Part shown: piece by piece, positions 45,727 to 54,986 of the stretch
Layout: the number at the start of each line of letters is the position of its first letter
How positions within the stretch are numbered: the first letter of the stretch is position 1
Notes under the pieces: generated by a model
The model's database searches: none
Told to the model about the DNA's origin: nothing
Seen by the model: only the letters and a program-made list of their open reading frames with translations
Translations under genes and position numbers: made by a program
NCBI GenBank assembly: GCA_017531925.1
Contig: JAFXKD010000048.1
Coordinates: 103 to 64,102, forward strand
Direction: 5' to 3'
Source of the DNA: Clostridia bacterium
Lineage (GTDB): Bacteria; Bacillota; Clostridia; Oscillospirales; CAG-272
Length of the DNA stretch: 64,000 nucleotides

Positions 45727-47319
45727 TTATCCCTCGTGGAATTCCTTAAGGACGAGGTCTTTATTCTTTTCAAGCGCCCAGCGGATGCTCCATTCTCTCG
45801 GGAAGATGAGGAGATTGTTTCCGCGGTAGTCCTGAACCCATTTTGTATCGGTATCAAGTGTGAGAGAGGTGGGGACGATGTTTTTATTTTCGATCCAACG
45901 GATGTACTGCTGAGGCATCGGACGGCGGATGATGTCAACACCGTATTCGTGCTTTAAGCGGTATTCGAGTACCTCGAACTGAAGCACACCGACAACGCCG
46001 ACGATTACTCGTTCCATACCTGAGTTTGGCTCGAAGAACATCTGGATAGCACCCTCCTGCGCTATCTGATTCATACCCTTTGCGAACTGCTTACGCTTCA
46101 TAGAGTCCTTTTGTTCAACGAGTGCGAAATGCTCGGGCGCGAAGGTTGGGATCTTTTCAAACGTGAATTTTAAGGACGGATCGCAAACGGTGTCGCCAAT
46201 AGAGAAGATACCCGGATCGAAAACGCCGATGATGTCTCCGGCATATGCGCAGTCAACGATCTCTCTCTCCTGAGCCATCATCTGCTGAGGCTGTGAGAGC
46301 TTTGCAACCTTATTATTCTGAACGTGGAGATACTCCTTGTTTCTTTCGAATTTACCGGAGCAGATGCGCATAAATGCAATTCTGTCGCGGTGCGCTTTAT
46401 TCATATTCGCCTGGATCTTGAATACGAAGGCAGAGAATTTTTCATCGAAGGGGTCGATTATCTGCTCGCCCGCACGACGAGGAAGGGGAGAGGTGGTCAT
46501 TTCAAGGAAGCTCTTTAAGAAGGGCTCAACGCCGAAGTTGTTGAGAGCCGAGCCGAAAAATACGGGTGAGAGCTTTCCGTGGCGCACCTTTTCAATATCA
46601 AATTCATAGCTTGCAACGTCAAGAAGCTCGATCTGATCAACAAGAGCCTTGCGGTCGTATTCACCAATAAGGGAATCCATTTTTTCGATATCCGTGATAT
46701 CGCAGGCAACGCCCTCTATTCTGTTTCGTCCGCTGTGGAACTCGTCAAAGGCGAGAATGGAGCGTCTTTCACGGTCGAAAACGCCCTTGAAATTAACTCC
46801 GCAGCCGATGGGCCAGTTCATAGGATAGGTGCCGATGCCGAACTCTCTCTCAAGCTCGTCAAGAAGATCAAAGGGATCGCGCGCCTCACGGTCGAGTTTA
46901 TTTATAAAGGTAAATATCGGGATATCACGCATAGCGCAGACCTTGAAGAGCTTTCTTGTCTGCGGCTCGATACCCTTTGCCGCATCTATTACCATTACCG
47001 CACTGTCAGCCGCCATAAGTGTTCTGTAGGTGTCCTCGGAGAAGTCCTGGTGTCCGAGTGTGTCAAGAATATTGATGCAATAATCGTCATATTCAAACTG
47101 CATAACTGACGATGTGATCGAAATACCTCTCTGCTTTTCAAGGTCCATCCAGTCGCTCGTCGCGTGGCGGTCACTTGCCTTTCCCTTTACCGTACCCGCT
47201 GACTGTATCGCGCCGCCGTAGAGAAGGAATTTCTCGGTGAGCGTGGTTTTACCTGCGTCGGGGTGGGAGATAATCGCAAACGTTCTTCTGCGCTTAATTT
47301 CTTTTGTTAAATCAGCCAT
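45727..47319 (-). CDS. prfC: Peptide chain release factor 3
   Basis: ..RRRTFAIISHPDAGKTTLTEKFLLYGGAI.., ..DTLGHQDF.., ..NKLDR.. translational GTPase; 530 aa. Confidence 0.95.
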   Translation of the reverse strand: MADLTKEIKRRRTFAIISHPDAGKTTLTEKFLLYGGAIQSAGTVKGKASDRHATSDWMDLEKQRGISITSSVMQFEYDDYCINILDTLGHQDFSEDTYRTLMAADSAVMVIDAAKGIEPQTRKLFKVCAMRDIPIFTFINKLDREARDPFDLLDELEREFGIGTYPMNWPIGCGVNFKGVFDRERRSILAFDEFHSGRNRIEGVACDITDIEKMDSLIGEYDRKALVDQIELLDVASYEFDIEKVRHGKLSPVFFGSALNNFGVEPFLKSFLEMTTSPLPRRAGEQIIDPFDEKFSAFVFKIQANMNKAHRDRIAFMRICSGKFERNKEYLHVQNNKVAKLSQPQQMMAQEREIVDCAYAGDIIGVFDPGIFSIGDTVCDPSLKFTFEKIPTFAPEHFALVEQKDSMKRKQFAKGMNQIAQEGAIQMFFEPNSGMERVIVGVVGVLQFEVLEYRLKHEYGVDIIRRPMPQQYIRWIENKNIVPTSLTLDTDTKWVQDYRGNNLLIFPREWSIRWALEKNKDLVLKEFHEG

Positions 47320-47420
47320 TTTTATTTCCTCGTTAATTAAAGCTTAAATGTTCACAACATTTCTATTTTACTATATTTTGCAATATTTTTCAATAGATTT
47401 ATCAAAAAATGTTCAAAAAG

Positions 47421-47451
47421 AAAAGCAAACGGCAAAAAACCGTTTGCTTTT
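47421..47451 (-). terminator. Intrinsic terminator after the adhE-kinase unit
   Basis: aaaagcaaacgg-caaaaaa-ccgtttgctttt. The - strand RNA has a U-rich tail. Confidence 0.72.
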
Positions 47452-47460
47452 TGTTATTTT

Positions 47461-48201
47461 CTATTCGTAATCCACAACGTCCGTCCATTTGAGAAGGAAC
47501 TCGCGCTCCTCCTCGTTGCCCTTTACGCTTTGTGAAGCTGCAACGATGGGCATCCACTTCTGAACGTACTGCTTTGCGGTGTCGCTCTTTTTACAGAATG
47601 TATTGAGATATTTTTCAGCACCCTCAGTATCACCGTTGAGGCAGAAGAGAAGGTAGGTGCGCGCTACGTCCGCGGATGCATTTCCCTGAGTGACGTGCGA
47701 CCAGTCAAGGATATAGGGTGTGCCGTCCTCCGTGATAATGATATTTGAGGGATTGAAATCTCCGTGGCATACCTTGTTGTGCTTGGGCATACCCTCGAGG
47801 CGGGTGTGAAGCTCGTAACGTGTAGTAGCGTCAAGGCTTGAGAGGGATATCTTTCTGTTCATCTTATCCTTGAGCTTGGTGAGAAGGGGACTCTTTTTGG
47901 AGTGTACCTCCATTTGAATATCAACCAAAAGCTCGATATATTCGTCCTTTTTCTCGGGATTTTCCGCCATAAGCTCTGCGAGTGTCTTGCCCTCGATATA
48001 TTCGTTGACAATTGCCCATTTTCCGTCGATAACGTTTACTCCGAGGAGCTTGGGGATATTGAGCCCCGTTTCCTCGATCCTTGCCTGACCGAGCGCCTCG
48101 TTAAGAACGTCTGCCTTTGAATATTCCTTATCAAAAACCTTAACGGTCTTATCGCCGTCGCGGTAGATAGTTTTATGCTTTCTCTGTGCAAGTACTGTCA
48201 T
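47461..48201 (-). CDS. Aminoglycoside/choline-kinase-like phosphotransferase (APH family)
   Basis: ..KVCHGDFNPSNIIITEDGTPYILDWSH.. Brenner/catalytic-loop motif. AGGAGG RBS. The start lies only 14 nt after the adhE stop. Confidence 0.75.
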   Translation of the reverse strand: MTVLAQRKHKTIYRDGDKTVKVFDKEYSKADVLNEALGQARIEETGLNIPKLLGVNVIDGKWAIVNEYIEGKTLAELMAENPEKKDEYIELLVDIQMEVHSKKSPLLTKLKDKMNRKISLSSLDATTRYELHTRLEGMPKHNKVCHGDFNPSNIIITEDGTPYILDWSHVTQGNASADVARTYLLFCLNGDTEGAEKYLNTFCKKSDTAKQYVQKWMPIVAASQSVKGNEEEREFLLKWTDVVDYE

Positions 48202-48215
48202 TTTTCAGTCCTCCT

Positions 48216-50855
48216 TTATATTTTGGCAGGCATTTCTTTTTCTGTGAAATGCTTTCCGTAGTATGCGTTAAGGTACATCTGCTTTATCTCGCTCATAAGG
48301 GGGTAGCGGGGATTTGCGCCGGTGCACTGATCGTCGAATGCCTGCTCGACCATATCGTCAAGGCGATTGAGGAAATCTTCCTCGTTGATGCCGTAATCCT
48401 TGATCGTCTCCTTGATGCCGACCCTATTTTTAAGATCGTTGATAGCGGAAATAAGATTTTCAAGCTTTTCTTCATCAGTGCTTCCACCAAGTCCGAGATA
48501 ATCTGCGATCTCTGCATATCTTGCGAGTGTGTGGGGGTGGTCATACTGTGAGAACGTACCCATCTTTGCGGGGGATTCGGATGCGTTGAATCTGAGTACC
48601 TCCTCGATCATAAGTGCGTTTGCAACGCCGTGGGGAAGGTGGTGGAATGCACCGAGCTTGTGAGCCATTGAGTGGCAAACTCCAAGGAACGCGTTTGCAA
48701 ATGCCATACCTGCCATTGTTGCGGCATTTGCCATCTTTTCACGCGCCAAAACGTCTGTCTGACCGTTTTCATAAGCTCTGGGGAGATATTCAAATACCAT
48801 TTTAAGAGAACGGAGGGCAAGGGAATCGGTGTAGTCCGTTGCAAGCATAGCGGCATAAGCTTCAAGCGCGTGAGTAACTGCATCTATACCGGATGCTGCG
48901 GTGAGACCGCGAGGTGCGGACATATGAAAATCGGTGTCGATTATAGCCATATTGGGAAGAAGCTCGTAATCTGCAAGGGGATATTTAACGCCTGTTTTTT
49001 CATCCGTGATTACTGCGAAGGGGGTTACCTCGCTTCCCGTACCTGCGGAGGTGGGAATAGCTATGAAGTAAGCCTTTTCTCCCATTTTGGGGAATGTGTA
49101 AACTCTCTTGCGGATATCGATGAAGCGCATAGCCATATCCATAAAGTCTGCCTCGGGATGCTCGTAAAGCACCCACATGATCTTTGCGGCGTCCATAGCG
49201 GAGCCGCCGCCGAGCGCGATGATTGTATCGGGCTGGAAGGCTCTCATCTGAGACGCGCCCTCGGTAGCGTTTGCAAGAGTGGGATCGGGCTGAACGTTAA
49301 AGAACGTTGCGTACTGAATTCCCATTTGCTCAAGCTTATCGGTGATGGGCTTGGTATAGCCGTTCTGATAGAGGAATGTATCGGTTACGATGAATGCCTT
49401 TTTTGCTTTTCTGACTGTCTTAAGCTCGTCGAGCGCGACGGGAAGGCAGCCCTTTTTGATATATATCTTTTCGGGTGTTCTGAACCAGAGCATATTTTCT
49501 CTCCTTTTTGCAACGGTCTTTATATTGAGAAGATGCTTTACGCCAACGTTTTCGGAAACGCTGTTGCCGCCCCAAGAGCCGCATCCGAGCGTGAGGGAAG
49601 GGGCAAGCTTAAAGTTGTAAAGGTCGCCTATTCCACCGTGAGAGGAGGGAGTGTTGAGAAGTATGCGGCAGGTCTTCATTCTTGAAGCAAAGAAGGAGAG
49701 CTTATCGCCTTCCGTGATCTCGTTGAGATATACGGATGAGGTGTGTCCGTAGCCTCCGTCAGCAACGAGATGCTCAGCCTTTTCTACGGCATCCTCAAAG
49801 GTGGATGCGCGGTACATAGCGAGAACGGGGGAGAGCTTTTCGTGAGCAAATTCCTCGGAAAGCTCAACGCTTTCAACCTCACCGATGAGGATCTTTGTGC
49901 CAACGGGAACGTCAACTCCCGCAAGAGAAGCGATGGTATGCGCGCTCTGTCCTACTATTTTAGCGTTAAGTGCGCCATTTATGATAATTGTTTTGCGAAC
50001 CTTTTCTGTTTCTTCCTCATTGAGGAAGTAGCAGCCGCGAGCGGCAAATTCTTTCTTTACTGAGTCGTATATCGAATCGAGAACGATAACGGACTGCTCT
50101 GATGCGCAGATCATACCGTTGTCAAAGGTCTTTGAGTGGATTATGGAGTTTACTGCGAGAAGAATATCCGCACTTTCGTCTATAATTGCGGGCGTATTGC
50201 CTGCGCCAACGCCAAGGGCGGGCTTTCCGCTTGAGTAAGCAGCCTTTACCATTCCGGGACCTCCCGTTGCGAGAATGATATCCGCTTCCTTCATAACTGT
50301 ATTGGTAAGCTCGAGGGAGGGAACATCAATCCAATCTATTATTCCATCCGGTGCCCCAGCCTCAACTGCGGCTTCAAGAACGAGCTTTGCTGCAGCGATC
50401 GTGGAGCTTTTTGCCTTGGGGTGGGGGCTTATGATAATTGCGTTTCTTGTTTTAAGCGCGAGAAGGCATTTGAAAATAGCTGTGGAGGTGGGGTTTGTCG
50501 TGGGAATGACCGCGGCGATAACACCGATGGGCTCGGCAATTTTCTGGATGCCGTATGCTTCGTCCTCTTCAATAACTCCGCAGGTCTTGGTATCCTTATA
50601 AGCATTGTAAATGTATTCTGCCGCATAATGGTTTTTAATGACCTTATCCTCAACGATTCCCATACCCGTTTCCGCAACTGCAAGCTTGGCAAGCGAGATC
50701 CTTGCCTTGTCTGCTGCGGATGCTGCGGCAAGAAAGATCTTATCCACCTGCTCCTGAGTATAAGTAGCAAATACGCTTTGCGCATTTCTTGTTCTTGCGA
50801 GTGCAGAGTTGAGTGTTTCAACGCTGTCAACAATTGAGTAAAGCTTTTCGTTCAT
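48216..50855 (-). CDS. adhE: Bifunctional acetaldehyde-CoA / alcohol dehydrogenase
   Basis: 879 aa. N-terminal ALDH domain (..MICASEQS..) and a C-terminal Fe-ADH domain (..GGGSAMDAAK.., ..HSMAHKLG..). Confidence 0.95.
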   Translation of the reverse strand: MNEKLYSIVDSVETLNSALARTRNAQSVFATYTQEQVDKIFLAAASAADKARISLAKLAVAETGMGIVEDKVIKNHYAAEYIYNAYKDTKTCGVIEEDEAYGIQKIAEPIGVIAAVIPTTNPTSTAIFKCLLALKTRNAIIISPHPKAKSSTIAAAKLVLEAAVEAGAPDGIIDWIDVPSLELTNTVMKEADIILATGGPGMVKAAYSSGKPALGVGAGNTPAIIDESADILLAVNSIIHSKTFDNGMICASEQSVIVLDSIYDSVKKEFAARGCYFLNEEETEKVRKTIIINGALNAKIVGQSAHTIASLAGVDVPVGTKILIGEVESVELSEEFAHEKLSPVLAMYRASTFEDAVEKAEHLVADGGYGHTSSVYLNEITEGDKLSFFASRMKTCRILLNTPSSHGGIGDLYNFKLAPSLTLGCGSWGGNSVSENVGVKHLLNIKTVAKRRENMLWFRTPEKIYIKKGCLPVALDELKTVRKAKKAFIVTDTFLYQNGYTKPITDKLEQMGIQYATFFNVQPDPTLANATEGASQMRAFQPDTIIALGGGSAMDAAKIMWVLYEHPEADFMDMAMRFIDIRKRVYTFPKMGEKAYFIAIPTSAGTGSEVTPFAVITDEKTGVKYPLADYELLPNMAIIDTDFHMSAPRGLTAASGIDAVTHALEAYAAMLATDYTDSLALRSLKMVFEYLPRAYENGQTDVLAREKMANAATMAGMAFANAFLGVCHSMAHKLGAFHHLPHGVANALMIEEVLRFNASESPAKMGTFSQYDHPHTLARYAEIADYLGLGGSTDEEKLENLISAINDLKNRVGIKETIKDYGINEEDFLNRLDDMVEQAFDDQCTGANPRYPLMSEIKQMYLNAYYGKHFTEKEMPAKI

Positions 50856-50946
50856 TGATTTATCTCCTTGAATTAAGTATCGTCGTTATAAAATGAAGCA
50901 GCGATCGATATGATGAATATGGTTGACGCCCGTTCAAGCGCTAACT

Positions 50947-50964
50947 TCGTTAAAAGTTTAACAC
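50947..50964 (-). promoter_or_regulatory. Candidate Rex operator 1 upstream of adhE
   Basis: The - strand reads gTGTTAAacttTTAACgA, 12 of 14 specified positions of the clostridial Rex consensus TTGTTAAnnnnTTAACAA. Confidence 0.45.
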
Positions 50965-50999
50965 ACCAAAAAGCAAAAGTCAATAGAAATGCGTAAACT

Positions 51000-51017
51000 T
51001 CGTTAAAAAAATAACAA
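51000..51017 (-). promoter_or_regulatory. Candidate Rex operator 2 upstream of adhE
   Basis: The - strand reads TTGTTAtttttTTAACgA, 12 of 14 specified positions of TTGTTAAnnnnTTAACAA. It shares the extended TTAACGAAGTT core with operator 1. Confidence 0.4.
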
Positions 51018-51144
51018 TTTCGGCAAAATTATTATATTTAAACAAAGCAACACCGAAAATGTTGGTTAATTTGCATATGTGATTTTGCAAATTTTGCGAC
51101 CTTTGGGGGAATAAATAATAATAAAAATGTAAAAGAGGTGTTTT

Positions 51145-52233
51145 ATGAGAATTCTTGCGGTTATAGGTACTCGCCCTGAGGCAATAAAGATGCTTCCGCT
51201 TATTATAGAGCTGAAAAAGCATCCTTCATTCGACGTTTTCGTTTGCAGCACGGGGCAGCATACTGATATGCTCAACGGAGTTTTTGAATATTTCAATATT
51301 GAGCCGGATTATCGCTTTTGCGCTATGAGGAAGGAGCAGAGCCTTTCCGAGCTTACTATCAGACTTCTTAGATATTTTGATGAAATTTTAGAGGATGCCA
51401 ATCCCGATACGGTGCTTGTTCACGGTGATACCACCTCTGCTTTTTGTGCTTCGCTTTCAGCCTTTTATAAGGGTATAAAGATCGCTCACGTGGAAGCGGG
51501 GCTTCGTACCTTTAACAAATCATCACCCTTTCCCGAGGAGTTTAACAGGGTGGCTATCGATACGGTTGCAGATATTTGTCTTGCTCCTACTGAGGAAGCA
51601 AAATGCAATTTGTATAAAGAGGGCAAGAGCGTTGTATTTACAACGGGAAACACAGTTATCGATTCACTTAACTATACGCTTGATAGAGGTTATTCGTCAC
51701 CGGTTCTGGATGATGCAAACGGCAGAAAAATCGTTCTTCTTACGATGCACAGAAGGGAGAATCTCGGAGATAGGATGAGGTCGGCTCTGCTTGGCGTGAG
51801 GGATATCCTTCTTTTAAGGGATGATCTTTTCTGCATTTTCCCCTGCCATCCAAATCCGGCAGTAAGAGAGGTCGCAGAGGATTGCTTTGCTGATATCAAA
51901 AATATTAAGATTTGTGAGCCGCTGTCAATTTATGATTTTCACAATATTTTAAGCAGATCTCTTGCGGTGCTGACAGATAGCGGTGGTATTCAGGAGGAGG
52001 CAAGCTTTCTCGGAGTGCCCGTTTTTCTTCTTCGCGATACTACCGAAAGAAAAGAAGGAGAGCAAAACGGGAATATCGCCCTCCTCGGTACTGACGGGCG
52101 CGCGGTGCGGGACGGTTTTTTGAGTACAGTATCCGACACAGAGAAGCTCTCCAAAATGAGTAAGCCCTCACTTGTGTTCGGTAATGGTGATGCTTGTGAA
52201 AAAATTGCTAAAATCCTCTTGTCAAGCAAGTGA
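51145..52233 (+). CDS. wecB: UDP-N-acetylglucosamine 2-epimerase (non-hydrolysing)
   Basis: MRILAVIGTRPEAIKM.., ..VLVHGDTTS.., ..HVEAGLRT.., ..LTDSGGIQEEA... Confidence 0.9.
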   Translation: MRILAVIGTRPEAIKMLPLIIELKKHPSFDVFVCSTGQHTDMLNGVFEYFNIEPDYRFCAMRKEQSLSELTIRLLRYFDEILEDANPDTVLVHGDTTSAFCASLSAFYKGIKIAHVEAGLRTFNKSSPFPEEFNRVAIDTVADICLAPTEEAKCNLYKEGKSVVFTTGNTVIDSLNYTLDRGYSSPVLDDANGRKIVLLTMHRRENLGDRMRSALLGVRDILLLRDDLFCIFPCHPNPAVREVAEDCFADIKNIKICEPLSIYDFHNILSRSLAVLTDSGGIQEEASFLGVPVFLLRDTTERKEGEQNGNIALLGTDGRAVRDGFLSTVSDTEKLSKMSKPSLVFGNGDACEKIAKILLSSK

Positions 52234-52290
52234 AAAGGTGGTATAATTACACTGTAACATTATGTGCAATTTTGCTGTTGGAGGTTTTCT

Positions 52291-53574
52291 ATGAAGATAA
52301 CGGACATTAAAAATCAAATAAAGAACGGCGAGCTTGATGCAAAATTCTGTTCACTTTATGACGCTGGAGCGGTTTTATACCAAAGGGAAAGATATCTGCT
52401 CGCTATAGATAGCTTTGCGGAGCTTTTCGGTGAGGACAGGGACATAAATCTCTATTCCGTGTCAGGCAGAAGCGAGCTTGCCGGAAATCATACCGATCAC
52501 AACCGTGGAAAGGTTATAGCGGCTTCTGTAAATCTCGATATAATAGCGGTAGTATCGCAGAACGGTACGGATACGGTAAATCTTAAGAGCGAGGGCTTTA
52601 ATCAGCTGTCGATCGATTATTCGCAATACTGCGAACCGTGCAAAAACCATTTTGGAACGAGTGCGTCCATCATCGCGGGAATGTGCGCGGGCTTCAAGCA
52701 AAACGGTTACGCTGTTGGCGGATTTGATGCCTACTGTACCTCAAACGTGCTTCGCGGCTCGGGACTTTCTTCAAGCGCGGCATTTGAGGATATGATAGGA
52801 AACATCCTCAATCACGAGTTTAACGGCGGTGCGATATCAAACGTTGAGATAGCAAAGCTCGCTCAGTATTCGGAAAATGTATTTTTCGGTAAGCCCTGCG
52901 GTCTTATGGATCAGGTCGCGTGCGCTTACGGCGGAATTGTAGCTATAGATTTTGAGGATACCAAAAATCCGAGGATAGAAAAAATAGATTTTGACCTGAG
53001 CAAGGCAGGATACAATCTCTGCATCGTTGATACCGGCGGAAATCACGCGGATCTTACGGACGATTATGCATCTGTTCCGTTAGAGATGAAGAGCGTTGCG
53101 GCATATCTTGGCAAAAATGTATTGCGTGAGTGTGAGCTTTCGGACGTGCTTGAAAACGCCAAGGGTATCAGATCAGAGTGCGGTGATCGCGCGCTTATGA
53201 GAGCTATACATTTCTTCTGCGAGAACGAGAGAGTAGATACGATGAAAAAAGCACTTTGCGCAGGTGAGCTTGACATGTATTTTGAAGGTGTTCTTGAATC
53301 GGGTAGATCCTCGTTTAATTATCTGCAGAACGTATATACGACCAAAAACGTAAGAGAGCAGGGGCTTTCCTTGGCTCTCTGTGTAACCGAGAGATTTATG
53401 AAGGACAAGCGCGGTGCGTACCGCGTTCACGGAGGAGGCTTTGCTGGAACTATTCAGGCTTACGTTCCCGTTGATGCAGCCGAGCTTTATAAAGAAACGA
53501 TGGATTCCGTTTTCGGTGACGGTGCGTGCCTCATCCTTCGCGTTCGTCCCGACGGAGCGGTTAAGGTGAATTGA
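52291..53574 (+). CDS. GHMP-family sugar kinase, galactokinase-like
   Basis: ..GRSELAGNHTDHNRGKV.. (divergent GalK signature), ..GSGLSSSAAFE.. GHMP motif II, ..GLMDQ... Start trimmed to ATG 52291 after GGAGG. Confidence 0.78.
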   Translation: MKITDIKNQIKNGELDAKFCSLYDAGAVLYQRERYLLAIDSFAELFGEDRDINLYSVSGRSELAGNHTDHNRGKVIAASVNLDIIAVVSQNGTDTVNLKSEGFNQLSIDYSQYCEPCKNHFGTSASIIAGMCAGFKQNGYAVGGFDAYCTSNVLRGSGLSSSAAFEDMIGNILNHEFNGGAISNVEIAKLAQYSENVFFGKPCGLMDQVACAYGGIVAIDFEDTKNPRIEKIDFDLSKAGYNLCIVDTGGNHADLTDDYASVPLEMKSVAAYLGKNVLRECELSDVLENAKGIRSECGDRALMRAIHFFCENERVDTMKKALCAGELDMYFEGVLESGRSSFNYLQNVYTTKNVREQGLSLALCVTERFMKDKRGAYRVHGGGFAGTIQAYVPVDAAELYKETMDSVFGDGACLILRVRPDGAVKVN

Positions 53575-54347
53575 TGGCGAATTACTCAATAACCTCGCTT
53601 TATTCGGGGTCTAAGGGGAATTCCGTGCTTATCGAGAGCGAGGGCGCAAGGATACTGATAGACGCGGGAAGGAGCGCAAGGGCGCTGTGCAACGCGCTTA
53701 CATCCATCGGTAAAAGTATAGATGGCATTGATGCTATTTTCATAACACATGAGCATACCGATCACGTTGGTGCGCTTGAGGTACTTCTCAAAAAGCACCC
53801 GATACCGGTACATATTGTGGGGATATCCGCAAAAAAGCTGCTTTTAAAGGGGCTTTCGGTGTACGACTCACTTATTTGTCAGCACCCTCCCGTATTTTCC
53901 GTTACGGTGGGCGATATGACCGTTAAAAGCTTCCCGACTCCGCATGACAGCGAATACTGTGTTGGATACCGAATAGAAATAGGGGAGTCAGCAATCGGTT
54001 ATGCCACGGACATAGGATATGTTACGAGCGAGATAAGAGAAAGCCTCGCCGGATGCGAAAGCATAGTGCTGGAAAGCAATCACGACGAGGAGATGCTTAT
54101 GAACGGACCGTATCCATATGAGCTTAAGCTTCGTATAAGATCCAACAGGGGGCATCTCTCAAATTCCGCGTGCGCAGAGCTGTCTTCAGAGCTTTGCTCA
54201 AGGGGAACGAGGAATATTCTGCTTGCTCATCTGAGCGAGGAGAACAACGAGCCCTCCATTGCCTTTGACGAGGTTTGGAGCGCGGTCGCAGATGAGAGCG
54301 TAAATATAAAGGTGGCTTCGCAGCATGTGCCGATAAAGCTGATATGA
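53574..54347 (+). CDS. MBL-fold metallo-hydrolase (YycJ/WalJ-like)
   Basis: ..FITHEHTDHVGAL.. HxHxDH motif. About 257 aa. ATG overlaps the preceding stop (TGATG). Confidence 0.8.
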   Translation: MANYSITSLYSGSKGNSVLIESEGARILIDAGRSARALCNALTSIGKSIDGIDAIFITHEHTDHVGALEVLLKKHPIPVHIVGISAKKLLLKGLSVYDSLICQHPPVFSVTVGDMTVKSFPTPHDSEYCVGYRIEIGESAIGYATDIGYVTSEIRESLAGCESIVLESNHDEEMLMNGPYPYELKLRIRSNRGHLSNSACAELSSELCSRGTRNILLAHLSEENNEPSIAFDEVWSAVADESVNIKVASQHVPIKLI

Positions 54348-54353
54348 GGAAAT

Positions 54354-54833
54354 ATGTTAAACGTAAAGATATACGTTACGGGAACGCTTAAGGAGCAGTA
54401 TTATAAGGATGCGATAGCGGAATATAAGAAACGCCTATCTGCGTACTGTAAGCTTGAAATAATCGAATATAAGGAATATAAGCTCCCTGAAAACCCATCA
54501 GAAAAGCAGATAGAGCAAGCCCTTGCAATCGAGGGCGAAAGGATACTTTCGGATATTTCTCCAAGAGCCTACAAGGTGGCTATGTGCGTTGAGGGCAAGC
54601 AGCTCTCAAGCGAGGAATTTGCTGTAAAGCTTGATGAGATATCCGCGTCACACGGAGAGATAGCGCTTATAATCGGAAGCTCGTTCGGACTCTCGGAGTC
54701 CTTGAAGCGTTCGTGTGACCTCCGCATGAGTGTGTCTAAAATGACGCTTACTCATCAGATGATGCGTGTTTGGCTCGTTGAGATAATTTACCGTTGCCTC
54801 TCGATCTCTCACGGAGGGAAGTACCACAAATAG
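54354..54833 (+). CDS. rlmH: 23S rRNA (pseudouridine1915-N3)-methyltransferase
   Basis: 159 aa SPOUT protein, ..LIIGSSFGLSE.. and ..SKMTLTHQMMRVWLVEIIYR... Confidence 0.92.
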   Translation: MLNVKIYVTGTLKEQYYKDAIAEYKKRLSAYCKLEIIEYKEYKLPENPSEKQIEQALAIEGERILSDISPRAYKVAMCVEGKQLSSEEFAVKLDEISASHGEIALIIGSSFGLSESLKRSCDLRMSVSKMTLTHQMMRVWLVEIIYRCLSISHGGKYHK

Positions 54834-54841
54834 ATAAAAAA

Positions 54842-54872
54842 CGTCCCGATTCGCACTCGGGGCGCTTTTTTT
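54842..54872 (+). terminator. Intrinsic terminator after rlmH
   Basis: cgtcccga-ttcgcac-tcggggcg (one mismatch) followed by T7. Confidence 0.65.
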
Positions 54873-54914
54873 GACAATTATTATTTATATTTATATAAAA
54901 TTTATAAAAAAGCC

Positions 54915-54943
54915 TTTACAAATCGAAAAAAAAATAGTATTAT
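54915..54943 (+). promoter_or_regulatory. Sigma-A promoter for pyrH-frr
   Basis: TTTACA 54915..54920, 17-nt spacer, TATTAT 54938..54943. Confidence 0.55.
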
Positions 54944-54986
54944 ATAGATTAGCAAACTATGAGCTTTTGGTTTGGAGGTAAAGAAA

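Noticed and set aside
48672-49685. 337-aa + strand ORF inside adhE (similar cases: 25354..26148 inside parC, 37664..38263 inside dnaE, 12063..12548 inside rpoD, 10092..10748 inside dnaG)
   Set aside because: All lie antisense to, or out of frame with, strongly supported conserved genes. Their translations are Cys/Arg/Leu-rich with no recognisable motifs. I treat them as shadow ORFs.
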